A stretch of DNA of 64,000 bases, taken from contig OZ218959.1 in assembly GCA_965112735.1 (NCBI GenBank), positions 2,852,001 through 2,916,000 of the forward strand, in the 5' to 3' direction. How positions within the stretch are numbered: the stretch's first letter is position 1; the number at the start of each line of letters is the position of its first letter. Shown here piece after piece: positions 1 through 13,513 of the stretch. The DNA is from Phaeosaccion multiseriatum. Its lineage: Eukaryota; Protista; Ochrophyta, other classes. The position numbers and the translations under genes are program-made. The notes beneath the pieces are model-generated. The model ran no database searches. It was not told the DNA's origin and saw only the letters and a program-made list of their open reading frames with translations.

Positions 1-271
1 GAAGGCCCTCAACGTGCTGCCTGGGCGCTTCGTCCGTTTGGGCTCTCTCGGGAAGGAGCAGCTGCAAGACTTCCACCGCTTTGCCCAGCGCCACGCTCGC
101 CTGATGCAAGGCGAAGGACATGGAGGAGCTGCTCACCCTGCTGCTGGCCGTGCTGCTGGCCCTGCTGCTGGTCGCGGCCCCCATGGCAAGGGAGCGCAGC
201 CTACTCCTCTCCACCACCGTGGCCCCACGTTGGGCCTCCGCCGCCGCCGAGCCAACCGAGGAGGGGAGTGA
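1..271 (+). CDS. Probable last exon of an unidentified gene, truncated at the window edge
   Basis: Frame is open from base 2 (KALNVLPGRFVRLGSLGKEQLQDFHRFAQRHARLM...) to TGA at 269-271 and converges on the next gene; no recognisable domain. Confidence 0.35.
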   Translation, partial: KALNVLPGRFVRLGSLGKEQLQDFHRFAQRHARLMQGEGHGGAAHPAAGRAAGPAAGRGPHGKGAQPTPLHHRGPTLGLRRRRANRGGE

Positions 272-739
272 GTAGGGAGGTACACTGGATATTGATATGA
301 TCCCCTAAGGGGACTTGATTGCAGCTGTGTAGAGATATTCCTGGCTTATGAACACGGGAATCACACTCGACAGCTCTGCAGTTCTGCACTCAAGGAAAGG
401 AAAGGAAGGGAAGGGAAAATGTGAAGTTAGGGGGAGGGGTGGAGAGGGGGGGGGGGGGGGCACAGGCAACCAACGACGACACTGTTGGAGCCGTGCCACT
501 ATTCATTCAATAAAAAAAGGCCACACAGCGCGGCCACCAAAACCAAATAAAAAGGGATAAAAAGAAACACGAAAATGCCCCTGCTTTAAGTCCTTTGTCT
601 CCCACGTATATCCCTTCTTCGACCTTCTCCACAGACCACCGCTCTAAAAATCGCGGCGTAAAAGAAAACAGCACTTCCCTCCTCCTCCTCCTCCTCCTCC
701 TCCTCCTCCTCATCCTCCTCCTCCTCCTCCTCCTCCTCC

Positions 740-2988
740 TCATCCTCCTCCTCCTCCTCCTCCTCCTCCTCCTCCTCCTCCTCCTCCTCCTCCTCCTCCT
801 TGCCCCTGCCCTCCCCTCCCTCCTCGCCCTCCCCGCCCTGCCTTTCCTCCTCGCCCTCCTCGCCCTCCCCTCCCTCCCTTTCCTCCTCGCCCTCCTCGCC
901 CTCCCCGTCCTCCCTTTCCTCCTCCTCCTCCTCCTCCTCCTCCTCCTCCTCCTCCTCCTCCTCCTCCTCCTGCTGCTGCTCCTCCTCCTCCTCCTAAACC
1001 ACCGCCAAGGGGAACTGCGGCAATTGGACCCTGAGTGATCACGCCCCTCACGTTGGGAGGAGGAGAGGGAGGAGCAAGGTTTGCTCCATACTGGTGCAAC
1101 TGCTGCTGTTGCTGCTGTTGCAGGCGCATCTGCTGCTGCTGATGCTGCCGTTGCTGCTGCGGCTGTTGCTGCTGCTGCTGCTGGCCAGGTGGACGTCGCC
1201 CCCGTGCCTGCTGCTGCTTCTGCTGCTGCCCCTTCGGCTCCTGCCCCGTCCATAGTTTCCTCCCACCTGCACCTCTACCGGCCCCTCCCTCTTCCCCTCC
1301 GCCCCTTCCTCCTCCCGCTCGCCTCGCCGCCCTGTTCTGTCCTTGGCCATGGCGCTGCGGGGATAAGTTGCCTCTTCTACCACCCCTGTCCTCCTTGATT
1401 TGCACGGGGGTAAAGACCTCCTCCCAGCTCTTGGGCTCCAGGGTACCCAACAACACTGCCGCCCTCTTGAGCTCTGTATTGATTCTCTTCTGGCCTGTTC
1501 GAGGCGGGAAGGTTCAGGTTGAGGTCGATAGAAGGTTTTCACACCGTGTTTGATCGGAAGAAGATGAGGAAGGAAGGAAGGAAGGAAGGAAGGAAGGAAG
1601 GAAGGAAGGAAGGAAGGAAGGAAGGAAGGAAGGAAGGAAGGAAGGAAGGAGGAAAGGAAGGAAGAAAGGAAGGAAGGAAACGAAGGAAGAAAGGAGGGGC
1701 AAAGGGGGAGCAACGCTTTTGTTAATTCACAGCTGCCCAGGACAAGGCTTAAGAATTGATGGACAATGCTTGCTTGCACAGTACATTGAAAATTGACACG
1801 CCAGCATCGTGAACGTCAAGTGCTATTCGTCAAGTGAACTGACCTGTTCGACTGACCACCGTGCCGAGATCGTGCGGAAAGATGCTATCGACCGTCTCGA
1901 ACGGGTCCTCGATGCTGATGCGCCACAGCTGTACGAGGGGAGTCACACACACACACACATGGACACACACACATGCCCGCACACACGCACACACGCACAC
2001 AACACACACACACGGGCAGGAGCAGGGGAAGGGAAAGAGCAAGAGCAAGGGCATAGAACATCATGCCGGCAGAGAGGGCGTCAGTGACACCCATTGAGAG
2101 ACTGGGATGAGATGACAGGAAGGTGAGAGTGGGCACTGCTGTATCACCAACTGCTGCTGCAGCTGCTGCCCTCCAGCAGCCGTAGCCAGTAGCAAAAGGC
2201 CAAGAAGCACTCTTCATGAACGGAGGGATGAGGAGCAGACGTCTCTCGTACCCGTTCGTACCTTTGACTTTGCCCATACATTCCCCTTGGACAGACTGCT
2301 GGTGCCGTTGTGCCTCACCGTGGCGGAGAGGGACCAGCGGTCAAAGTGAAACGCATGGAACTCAAAAAAACCCAGCAGCAGCTCCGAAATGGAGGCGTCT
2401 GGGGAGATCTCTAAGTCAGACCCTCCTCCTCCTCCTCCTCCTCCTCCTCCTCCTCCTCCTCCTCCTCCTGTATCCTCCTGCGCGGGCTGGGGGCGACGCT
2501 GCTCTCTGTGGAGGGGCAGAGCCTCGTCTGCCTTTGCCTTGTCGGCGCAGAAGGTCACGTTTATCCCTTCGATGACCGTCCGTTGAGAGGGCACGAGGGT
2601 GGGGCACTGCAAAGAATTCCGAGGAAGCAATCCAATCATCAATCCCATCCATTGCCATCCCCATCCCCAGGCGCCATGGCACAGGGTCGGGAAAGGCAGG
2701 GAAGGGCAGGGAGGGGAGGGGAGGGGAGGGGAGGGGAGGCACAACAGGACAAGTTAGATTCATGGGAGCAGCACTTCACCCCCCTTACGTTCCCCTCAAC
2801 AACCCCCTCTCCTAGAGATACGCCGACCTTGGACTCGTTCAGTTCAGTACCTGCAGATTGGGCAGGATGCCTCTGGCCTGCAGGTAGTGAATCACCAGCA
2901 ACACATAACCGTAGGAGCTCAGGGTTCCGCCTGAGAGGGACGGGGCAAGAGAGATGAGAGGAGAGAGAGAAACAAAAGGGAGAGGGAC

Positions 2989-3029
<41 letters not shown>

Positions 3030-6000
3030 CGCCACGAGAGCATTTAGAAAGACGGTAGTATGGTGGACCAGACGACTACACTGCGTACGGTAAGCATCTG
3101 AACGTACGTCAGCAAAACACATGACGATTTCGCTACGTTTTAAGTAAGTACATACTGTTGGAACTGTTGACGCCCCTCGCCTTGGCCCACGCCTTCACGA
3201 GGTAGATCAGTTGCCGGCAGCGCGGGTCCAGACCGGCGTAGGTCCTAAGCATTGCCGTGTTGTGGACAGCAACGTTGTTGTTCACACACACGTCCACTTG
3301 CAGGGGGGGGCTCATGTTGGCGTGGGGGTCTACCACTGGGGGGGGTGGTGGATAGTATGTCAATGGGTGGGTGGGTGGGTGGGTGGGTGGGTGGAAGGGA
3401 GAGAGGGAGAGAGAAGCGGGAGGGAGGGAGGGAGGGAGGGAGGGGGGAGAAGGAGGGAGGGAGGGATTGTGAGGTGAGGTGGGGCTCAAGCAAAAAAACA
3501 CATGCTGCCCCTTCACAATTACGTAATTCTTAGGTGCATTCCAGAAGTCGATATATGCGCTGACATCGACACACACTCTCGTTCTTACTTTTGATGACAG
3601 GTACCCTCGCTCTATGTACGGCATACACTTCCTCGTAGCCGCGGCCTTCGAGCAGTCGCTTGATCACGAACACGATCTTGCGGGCCTAAATCGAAGAGAG
3701 AGGAGGAGACAAAAGGAGACGACGATGCCGAAATACACGACAGAGAAACACCCACGCACACGCACACACGCACACACACGCACACACACGCACACACGCA
3801 CACACACGCACACACACGCACACACACGCAAAAACGTGATGCGGCGTGAATATTATAGTGAGTGTGAGGAATCACTTAATGGGTGGGAAAGGTGGTAAGG
3901 CAGGGTGGTGGGCAGAAAGGAAGGGTCAGGCGTATGGACTGTTTCTACCCCAATTGACTCTACCACTCCCACTGTCGGGCCTCCTCCAATCACTGACTTA
4001 CGTTCTCCATGGCCTTGTGGAAGCGGTCCTTGCGGCGCTGTATATCAGCGACTCGATCCTCCAGCTCCTTTACCAACGCAGTAGCAGCACCACCATCACC
4101 ATCACCATCATCACCATCACCACTATTACTGCCTCCTGCGATGCTGTCCCGCATCCTGGCGGCGAAGGCATGCACAGCCGTTTGCACGGCTTTGGCTGCG
4201 ATGCGCTCTCTCTCCAATCGTCTCTCCTGCTTCTTCTCTCTCTTGTATGCGTCGTTGAGCCGATCTGTCGCAATCACAATATCCTGCTGGAGTCCTCTGC
4301 GCTTTTTCTCAATGGCCGCAGCAGCAGCCGCAGCCGCAGCGGGGGGAAAGCAGTCGTCGGAGAGCTGCGGGCGGCCCCAGTTTATAGTTTCAGTTATCGA
4401 GATTAGAATTTTTGGGGGGTAACGGGCCCGGGGGGGGCAGAGGCGAGGGAGTGAGATGGAGGGGGGCAGAAGGGAGGGGGTGAGGTGGACAGACAGGGCA
4501 ATACATGTGGCACTAATGGGCGCACGCTTGGAAGGCGAATGTGGGTGTACGTCTGTGTGTGTAGGTGGGTGGCTGTGTGCGTGTGAGTATGTATGTTTGT
4601 GTGTGTGGGTGTGGGTGGGTGTGCGCGCGTGCGTGCTTGTGTGCGTGTGTGTCTGCGAGGAGCCCCCTCCTCCTCCCCCTCCTCCTCCCCCTCCTCCTGA
4701 CTAACCTTGGCCAGCCTGTCCTCTAGGTCCTTAAGGAGGTGCTCCTTGTTCCTGATGGAGTCACAGATGGCTCGAAGGTTGTCAAGGGAGCGCAGCACCT
4801 CCCTGTCCGCCTTCTTCGCACGGCCCTCTAAAGCCTCTTTCTCCTGCGGGCAGAGAGAGGGGGGGGGGGGGTGGCAGAGGGAAGGGGGAGGAGAGGGGAA
4901 GGGTTCGGGGAAGGGTGGGGGGTTGTAAGACTCGGGGATGGAGAGAGGGAGAGGGAGGGAGACGGAAGGAGACAGAGAGAGAGACAGAGTCAGAGAGAAA
5001 GAAACAGAGAAAGAGAGGGAGCCACATAGAGCGAGAGAGAGAGAGGACAGGAAAGAAAACGATGTATGTCCAGAGAAAGTTCTCTCCTCATTCTCACCGC
5101 GACAAGCCTGAAGAATACAGGATGGGCCTCCTCCAGCTCGTCTCTGGTGGGGAAGAACAGGCGTATGGGCAGGCAAGGATAAGGGAGGGGTGGCGATGGT
5201 GATGGACAAGGAGGAGGGGGAGGAGGAGGAGAAGGAGGAGGGGGGAGGAGGAGGAGGAGGAGGAGGAGGAGGAGGAGGAGGAGGAGGAGGAGGAGGAGGA
5301 GGAGGATGACGATGATGATGATGATGAGGAGGAGGAGGAGGAGGAGGAGGAGGATGACGATGATGATGATGATGACGATGATGACGATGATGATGATGAG
5401 GAGGAGGAGGAGGAGGAGGAGGAGGAGGAGGAGGAGGAGGAGGAGGATGACGATGATGACGATGATGATGATGAGGAGGAGGAGGAGGAGGAGGAGGAGG
5501 AGGAGGAGGAGGATGACGATGATGACGATGATGATGATGAGGAGGAGGAGGAGGAGGAGGAGGAGGAGGAGGAGGAGGAGGAGGATGACGATGATGACGA
5601 TGATGATGATGAGGAGGAGGAGGAGGAGGAGGAGGAGGAGGAGGAGGAGGAGGAGGAGGAGGAGGAGGAGGAGGAGGAGGAGGAGGATGACGATGATGAT
5701 GATGAGGAGGAGGAGGAGGGGGGGGGGGGGACACTGTGCGGATGGCAAGCGGGGGGAGGGCCACGGAAAAAAGGCCACTGCCTTGTCGGGAGCACTCAGA
5801 TACAAAAGCCGCCCCTCCGCAACATAGAGAACGAGCACCGAGCCTCAGCTTCAGCTTCAGTTTCAGTTTCTGTTTCATGCTCATGCGGGCCTCCTTCACC
5901 CCCCTTTGTTCCCCTTTTCGGTCTTGGGGGTGAGGGTTGGAACCCAACCTTCCCCTTCTCCCGCTCCACCCTGCTCTTCTCCTGCCCTATCGCCCTGCCA

Positions 6001-8365
6001 TGCCCTCACCACCCAGCCCGCCACACACCCCTGCACCACTGCCGACCCCACCCACCTCTCTTGGTTGCAGAGCCTCATGTTCTCCTTGATACCAGCCATG
6101 GTAACGGCCTGGCCAGGCAGGATGAGGCTGAAGTCCGTGTCGCTGGAGGGGGTAGCCAGCTCCCCTGGTTCAGGAGGATGCAACGGAGGAGAGTGGGGAG
6201 TTGGTAATTGACTCAATGGCTGACTCACTACCTTCCTTCCTTCCTTCCTTCCTCACTCACTGGCTCCCTGACTGACTCACTGACTGTCCAACTCACTGAC
6301 TTCCTTCCTTCCTTCCTTCCTGACACCAAGTACTTACAGACTACCTGACAGATGGATGATCCAAACACCTCCACAGAGGCTGAGGACCACTTGCCACCAA
6401 GAACTGATCGTCTCACTGCCTGACTGCCTCACTGATTGACCGACTGCCTGACAGACTAACTGACTTACTGCCCAACTGACGGACTTGTTCTTCCTCCCTC
6501 CTTCCCTCCTTCCTTCTTTCTTTCCTTCCTGGCAATGCCTACTAACATGACAGACTGACCTGCGGATGATCCAAACACCTCTACAGAGGCTGTGGACCAC
6601 TTTCGCTTCACTGTGGCCTCTAAGCGCTTCCTCGCCGCCTCCACCACCTGCTGCTGCCTGGCGGGCGGACACAGAGAGGCGAATTTGGCCTCGCACAAGG
6701 CGGAGAGGATGTGCTCTGTGGCATAGGGGGGGAGGGGGGAGAGGAAGGGAAAGGGGAAGCGGGCTAAGCTTACATGACGGGATGGTGTGACTCCTCTACC
6801 CTCCTTCCCTCTCCCTCCCTCTCTCTCCCCCTCCATCCCTTGTCTCCCTCTCCTCCGCATATGTACCTGTGGCTGCGGGGATGTCTTTCGGGGCGGTGGA
6901 GTAAGCGCTCTTGGCGCCCCCTTTCACCTCTACCATTGTTCAGAGACAGAGAGAGGGGTGGGTTGGGAGGAGGGGTAGGGTGAGGGGGGAGGGGAAGGGG
7001 AGAGAATGGGCCGTGCATGACATCAGGTGACGCATACACTTCCATGGCTCCTGCTGCCACTCACCTACTTGTCCCCGTGATTCCATGGCCATAATCTCGT
7101 CCTGCATTTCCTTCTGCAGCTCTTTTAGCCTTCTCAGCCGTCGGATCAGCTGTCTAGGCGGGCTCTGCTGCTTCTTGAGGAGGCCGATTGAGGCAATGAC
7201 TTTGTCAAGAAGCTTGACGCATCTCTTCAGCAGGTGTGAGCACTCGCTGCGCTGCAGAGCCACGTCATCGCCAGCCTTCTCCATGGTGGATTCCAACACG
7301 CTGAGCGCCATGTCCCATAGTTCGCTCCCTTTGCCGCGCTCCATCGCCAAGCGCGGGGGCAGAGGACCAACGCTTGGCGCTGCTGTTTTAGTTTCAGTTC
7401 CCGCTTCTTCAGTTTCCTTCTCAGGTGCGTCGATGTGCGTGTTGGACAGTGCCTCCGCTAGTGTCGTGTCGCTCTCACTCACCCCTGCTCCCTCCTTGTC
7501 TCCTTCTCCTACTCCTCCATCAGCCCCCTTGGTGCTTCCCTTTCCTTTCCCTCCAGTCTTCTTCCCTACTGGTGGAAGTGGTAACATATCGACCATCTGT
7601 GGGTACACGAGAGGGGACGACGAAGGGTGAGCGGAGACGCCCTGATGACGATCAAAGAGGGGACAGACAAGCGCCTACCCTCTGAGGAAACGGGCCACAC
7701 GTACTAATAGCAAATTTGTGAGGGGAAGATAGACGCATTGCTCCCAGCAGTAGAAGTAATAGTAGTAGTAGAAGATGAAGAACAACAACAAGAAGAAGAA
7801 GAACAAGAAGAAGAAGAAAACAACAGAAAAATCTGAGAAAAAATCGATCTGGCTCCCTTATCCGGTTGGGCAAGTGCGGAATCGTAGCGGACGGCGCGAA
7901 TCTAGGACTGGTGGTTTCCTATTGCACCCTTACATATGGTACTCAGTCATACAGGCATGGCAACCTGACACCCACCTGGTCCAGACTGTCGATGAGTCGC
8001 GGCACCAGAGTTTGGTGGTCGGGCTTGCGATAGTCCCTATCCGACTTGTGCTCGTTAAGAAGGTCCGTCTGATACCCAATGGTCTTCAACACGGTCACTT
8101 CCATCGCTACCTCCTCTCCCCCTCCTGCAGCGTCTCCTACGCTCCCCAGCCTCCCGAGGTGCATGTCAACTTCCGCCCTCAAGACATCGATTGGGAATAT
8201 GTTCCCCTGCTCCTCGTCTTCATCGTCGTCCGAGTCTTCCTCATCTGTAGCTTTCCCCTGCTCCTCCTCCACAGGGGGGCTCGCTTCGACTTTCACAGGG
8301 GAGGCCGGCGGGAAACCTTCCTCTTCTGTCGCCGCTCCCCCACCCCTCTTTTCCACAGCCGCCAT
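740..8365 (-). CDS. Terminal uridylyltransferase / Cid1-TUT family non-canonical poly(A) polymerase, multi-exon
   Basis: Spliced motifs occur in the expected order: VEVFGSSA|GELATPSSDTDFSL (G[GS]...DxD, ~6560-6120), HRARVPVIK (~3590-3620), VDVCVNNNVAVHNTAMLRTY...LVKAWAKARGVN (3155-3335), SGTLSSYGYVLLVIHYLQ...LPNLQ (2851-2930), LLLGFFEF, ISIEDPFETVDSIFPHDLG (1845-1930). The final exon (1494-740) has polyQ and RGG/polyG tracts. The 5' exons are less certain. Confidence 0.9.
5215..5720. repeat. Compound (GAG)n/(GAT,GAC)n microsatellite with higher-order periodicity, intronic
   Basis: GATGACGATGATGACGATGATGATGAT-type blocks alternate with variable (GAG)n runs inside a TUTase intron. Confidence 0.9.
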
Positions 8366-8404
8366 TATAGAGAGAGAGATGAGGAGGGGTGAACGGATGA
8401 AATC

Positions 8405-10370
8405 ATGAAATTGAGGGCCCGAAGTAAGTCAATGAATCATCTGTTCGCGCCCTCTTGTCTTCCTCGTCCTTTCCTTTCTCTCTCCTCTATGCCGGCTTGC
8501 AGCTGGTATGGGCGTGGTCAGAGGTCACCACTGCGTGCAGCATTCGCGGCCGGAGTAACAGCAGCAGCGGCGGTGATTTCAGCGAACGGGCTGATCCTCA
8601 GGCCGGCGGGCGGCAAGTTGGCTTTGGTAACGAGAAAACATGGCCATCATCAAGATAGAGCATGGCCAGGAAGCGGGAGGAGGAGGTCGTTCACATCCAC
8701 CGCTGTGGAGGGCGGTGGCTCCCCAGTTTCAGCGTCAAGAAGGAGAGCAGGAATAGGCCTCAGCTACTACTCCACATCCAGCTACTGGGACGACTATTAT
8801 AGGTTGGCTTTTATCTCCCCGCTTTTTTCCGCTTCTCTACAACACACAGATGTAAAAGTGCTGCCCTTTCCCGGCCTTCTCTCACCCCTCTCTTCCTTTC
8901 TTCGTTTAGACCCTCAACCGCTTCTCGCCCCATGTTGGCCCCTCTCTCACCCCCAACCTTCCCCGGTCCTTCCCACCCCCCTCCCCTCCTCTGCCCCCGC
9001 CCCCAGCTCTACGGGCTCACAGGAGGAGGAGTGGCACCTGCCCTTCTCCAGCATCAAGAAGCTGCTGGAGCTACACCTCCCGGACAAGTCGGCGCCAGTG
9101 CTGCACCTCGGCACGTGAGTAGGAGCGGTAGCGTCTGCTCTGCTAATTTGCTTCTTCGCTAAGCACAGGACACTTATCTCGTGTTGTGCTACGCGCCGTA
9201 GCTCCTTGTGTGTGGTCGTATTCCTAAACTCCAGTGCAAGCCATCATCACAGCCATTCCGGCACCTTCTCAACTTACTTGCCTGCCTGTCTGCCTGCCCA
9301 CCGCGCTGCCCACCTGCCTGCCTACCTGCCGGTCCATCTCTGTGCCTGTCTGCTCCTCTGGGGTCCATTCATCAATCAATCGCAGAGGGACGAGCAAGCT
9401 GCCTTTCGACATGCAAGACGCCATGTGGACACGTCAGCACGGCGTGGACTTTAGCAGCGAGGCCGTTGAGGCCATGACACGCGTAGCTCAGGGGCGACGG
9501 CGAGAGGCGACCGCTGTACATGTAGGGGGGGGGGAAGGAGGAACAGAGAAAGGGATGGAAGCGAATGGGGGTGGGAGCGGAATAGGGCCGGCCTTTGTGG
9601 CAGCTGGAGCAGTAGAAGCAGTCGGAGGAGGAGCGGCGGGAGGAGGAGCAGCGGGAGCGGGGGTGACAGGAGCACGGGTGATAGGAGCAGGGGGAGTAGG
9701 AGAGGAACGCGGCCCAGGACAAGAGGACTCCGAGCTGACGTTCAGCGTGATGGACGTGTGTAACATGAGGGGCTTGGCGGGGGGAAGCTTCGGGGCCGCA
9801 GTGGACAAGGGTACTCTCGACGCCCTGGCCTGCTCAGAAGGCTTCGACTGGCTCATCAGGTTCGACTAGTCGAAATTTCGGATGGGTGGGGGGCTGGGAG
9901 GGGAGGTGGACTTGGGCTGGCTTACTGCCTTCTTGCCACCCAAAAAAAGGAAGCGACACAGCCCCTTCTGCTTTACCCTATGCTATAGCTTTTCTTACCC
10001 CCCCCCCCCCCCCCCCCCTTCCCTTGCTTGTTCATTGCCCCCCCCTGTTTCCGACATTGGTCACAGCCGAATGATGGGCGAAGTCATGAGGGTGTTGCAG
10101 CCTGGCGGAAAGTGGATCTGCCTCTCTCACACACCACCCAAGCAACTTCTGGACCTCCTTCAACCAGTGCCACCGCCACCACCACTACCATTGCCACTAG
10201 CAGCAGCAGCGCCTGCTTTTGACTCCTCCTCGCCCGCCACTGCTGACGCTGAAGCACCGTCGCAGGAGGGTAGAGGCAGCAACGCTTGTACCGAAGCCTG
10301 GACCGTGCAGCACGAGAGATTTCTCGACTTTCATCTCTACGTGGCTACCAAAGCACAACAGGAGGTGTGA
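8405..10370 (+). CDS. Class I SAM-dependent methyltransferase, EEF1AKMT4/METTL13-N-like
   Basis: YYSTSSYWDDYY, EEEW, VLHLGT|GTSKL, GVDFSSEAVEAM, MDVCNM, AVDKGTLDALAC and EVMRVLQPGGKWICLSH lie across GT-AG introns; stop at 10368-10370. Start codon uncertain. Confidence 0.85.
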
Positions 10371-10876
10371 GGGAATGGCGAAGGACGAAAAGGGCTCAAA
10401 GAAAAGGCATAAGTGTTCCGCGGTGTGCGTGCAACACTTCCATCTTCTCATAGAAAGAGAAGCGGCGCGGAGCTAATGACTCAGTTGCCAAACTGACTTG
10501 AGTATAGACACCGCTCCAGCGAGCGAGAGAGAAGGAGAGCAAGAGAGAGAGATAGAGGCGGAGGCGGCAGACCTTGAAAGGCTACGCCACTGGCTTGCCT
10601 ACCCAGTGCGAAGCCTTATCGTGATTTATGATAAATACGTGGGGTGTTTCTATCGCGGCAAGAAGCGGGTACCAACTGCGGTCCGACAGCCCTCTTCACA
10701 TGCACAAGGCTTGAGAGGGGAAGAGGACAGACGGGCAAGACACCACCTGGTTTGGATGGGATACACTGGGCTGGAGCAGACTGGGCTGGACCTGACTGGG
10801 CTGGCCCTCAGACACCCTCAGACCCTTGTGCGTTGCAGTTGCGTTGCAGTTGCGTTACGCTGAGGAGGGCTCTCAA

Positions 10877-13369
10877 CTATGATGATGAGGCCCTACTTTG
10901 GACGAGGCATTTGCGGACGATGTCGGAGTAATTACCCACGGCATTGAGCATCTCGTTTACTGCCATCTTCTCATGTCTGAAGCAGCGCCTCCAGCCGTCA
11001 CCGGATTGGATTGGTCGTGGGGGGAGGGAGGGAGGGAGGGAGGGAGGGAAGGTGCGCGCAGGCGGAGGAGAGCAGAGTGGCGTACGAGGGAGAGAGGGAA
11101 GAGTGAGCAGTCAGGGCTGCGGCGGAGACGTGAGGAAGTACTAAACAGACGGACGGAAGGCACCAGATGGGGGCAGGAGAATTTGTTTTGAAATGAAACA
11201 CACACAGAGAGAGGGAGAGAGATGTGGTGGAGCTCAACAGAGAGAAGCTCGCAAATGCAACGTACCGCGCGTGTGCGTCGTGAATGGAGCCTGGGCCGTA
11301 CAGCAGGGCCTTGCCCGTGAATTGAAAGTAGGCGACATCCGTGTTGTAGCTGGCCACGTCGAGCGGGAAACCCTCCAGCACGGAGAGCGTGACCGGATCG
11401 TTCTGTGTCACGGGTTGGATGGTGATCTGACCCCTGCCCAGGCGGGAGACAGTGTCTTGTACAACATCCATGACTCCCTGAGGGGCAGAGATGAGTCTGA
11501 ACATGAGGAAGGCCTCTGCTGCCTCTGCGAGTGCGTTCGCGGCTTGCCCTCCCTGTGGAGCATTGTGCATGCAAGCGCAGTTGTTGGTTGGGTGGGGCAG
11601 AGTAGAGGGAGGGCATTGATTCAGTGGGTGTATGTGTAGGAGAGGAGAGGAGGGAGGAGGAGGGAGGGAGGGAGGGAGGGAGGCACAGGCATGCCAGGCC
11701 GCCCAAGTGCGTGTGCTATTTCTCTCGGATGCCTACACTCTAGGATCCATCTCTCTCCGAACCGCTCGGTTGGTCCACTTCCACTTCCGCTGGCACTTGC
11801 CTGCAGCATTCCAACGTTGAGGGTTGTAGCTCCGAGCTCATCGTCCTTGGGCCAGGTGTGCGTGGTCAGGGCCGCGAGGACGTCCACCAAAGGGTCGATG
11901 GCACTCTTTCCGAGCTCGGGATAGCCGCTATGACATGCCACACCTGAGCTGAGTAGCTTGCACTTCAGCATGCCCTTCTGTAACCGCATCATCTGTGCTT
12001 GCGGTCATCGCAGCGAGTGGGGGTCGTACGTAGGTAGAGCGGTGATCCACAGGGGAGGGCGTTCAAGGAGGGAGATCGACTGCGGAAAGTGAGCAGCCTT
12101 TGGGAGGGGGCCCAGGGGGACATACCCCCGATCTCCCTCCAATGTCATAGACACCGAATACCCAATCACACATGCCTTCACCTCTCGACAGAAGCCCGAA
12201 TGGAGCCCCCACATGTGTTCCTTCTCTTGACGGCTCGGGGGGGGGGCCTTCGAGTGCTCTGCAATCTCCCGACTCTACTACCATACCACCATACACCAAG
12301 TTACGCCTTGACACCTACCTTGCTGTTGGTAGGCTCGCCAACGATGAGCCACTCTGGGTCCAGACCCAGCGCGTTGCTAGAGAGCATACCGCTGTGGTCT
12401 GTCTCCTCGGATACTACATAGAGCAAGCCCACGTCCTCCTCCCCCGCCTCCACCAGCCCCTGCAGACAGGTCAGCTGGGCTGCCAGGATGCCCTTGGTGT
12501 CGCATGCCCCTCTGCCGTGCAAGATGAGGTCATCTATGTGCGTGTGTGTGGAACAGAAAAGAAAAAGCGTGGCCGTGGGCGCCGAGAGGGAGGGAGGCAG
12601 GCGTGGGATGGGGTTCTTGAAAGGGAGGGAGGGAGGGAGAGAAGCAGTGAGAGAGTAGGGGTTTTGTAGAGTGCTGTATGTACTGCGAAGAGGAATAAGG
12701 TGCGGTTGCGGTTGCGTGCCCACCGGCCAACCTCGCTGGTCGCTGGGTATATACCTCTTGTGGAGCCGCTGATAGACGCCGGAAAGTAGGGTGGCACAGT
12801 GTCAATATGCGAGTTGAACAGCACAGAAGGACCCAGATCTGCTCCTCCTCCTCCTCCCTCCGCGTACCGCGGCTTTCTGCCCGGCCGAGTGGCGTAGATG
12901 TTGTGCCTGACTTGTCCCCCCGGCGCTGACTGCTGGGGGGCCACTTCTTGCCGCTGCACCTGCAAAAACCATCAAGCCCAGGTCCAAGGGAAGATTACTT
13001 AATCGTGAAAGAACAAATTAGAGCAAAGAGCGATTGTAAATTGCCTTGGCAGCCGCGTGCTGGACACTGTGACCTTCGAGCCAGGTTCTCCTCACCCTCC
13101 CCCCCTGACTTCGTCAACTCTGCCAAGACTTGCCTGCCAGCCTCTCTTCGTGAGCCACGCGTCAAGGAAGTTGGCCATTCGCATTTCGTCGGAGCTGCGT
13201 AAGATTGGGGAATGGAAGGGGAAAAAAGGATGTGAGAAATAGGTTATTTCCTCTTCCATCTATGTGCCTACCTGAGAGATTCCACATTGATGAGATCCGC
13301 AGCTAGCTGAACCACGGCCTTCTCCTCGTCTGTGAGGCAAGCAAGCGCGGCCGCAGGAAGCTCGGCCAT
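10877..13369 (-). CDS. M20 family metallopeptidase, acetylornithine deacetylase (ArgE)-like
   Basis: LINVESLS, NIYAT, LFNSHIDTVPP, HGRGACDTKG, VSEETDHSG, IVGEPT, ACHSGYPELG, TTLNVG, YGPGSIHDAHA|RHEK; ATG in ACAATGG at 13369, TAG at 10877-10879. Confidence 0.9.
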
Positions 13370-13513
13370 TGTTGCTTTGTGTGTACGAAGTATTTTTTTT
13401 CTCCTTCACATTTTCTACCTCCAATCGCCATCTGTTGATCTACGTGCCAAATTTGATTTGGCTCTTCTTTGTCCGCTTCTTCTTTGTCGGGAAGGGGAGC
13501 GGGGCAGGCTCCC

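Noticed and set aside
4403-5947. Long polyP/L/S/R ORFs here and at 595-1038, 25739-26767, 30977-31623 and 49560-50467
   Set aside because: They are artefacts of stop-free microsatellites in introns or on the antisense strand of real genes.
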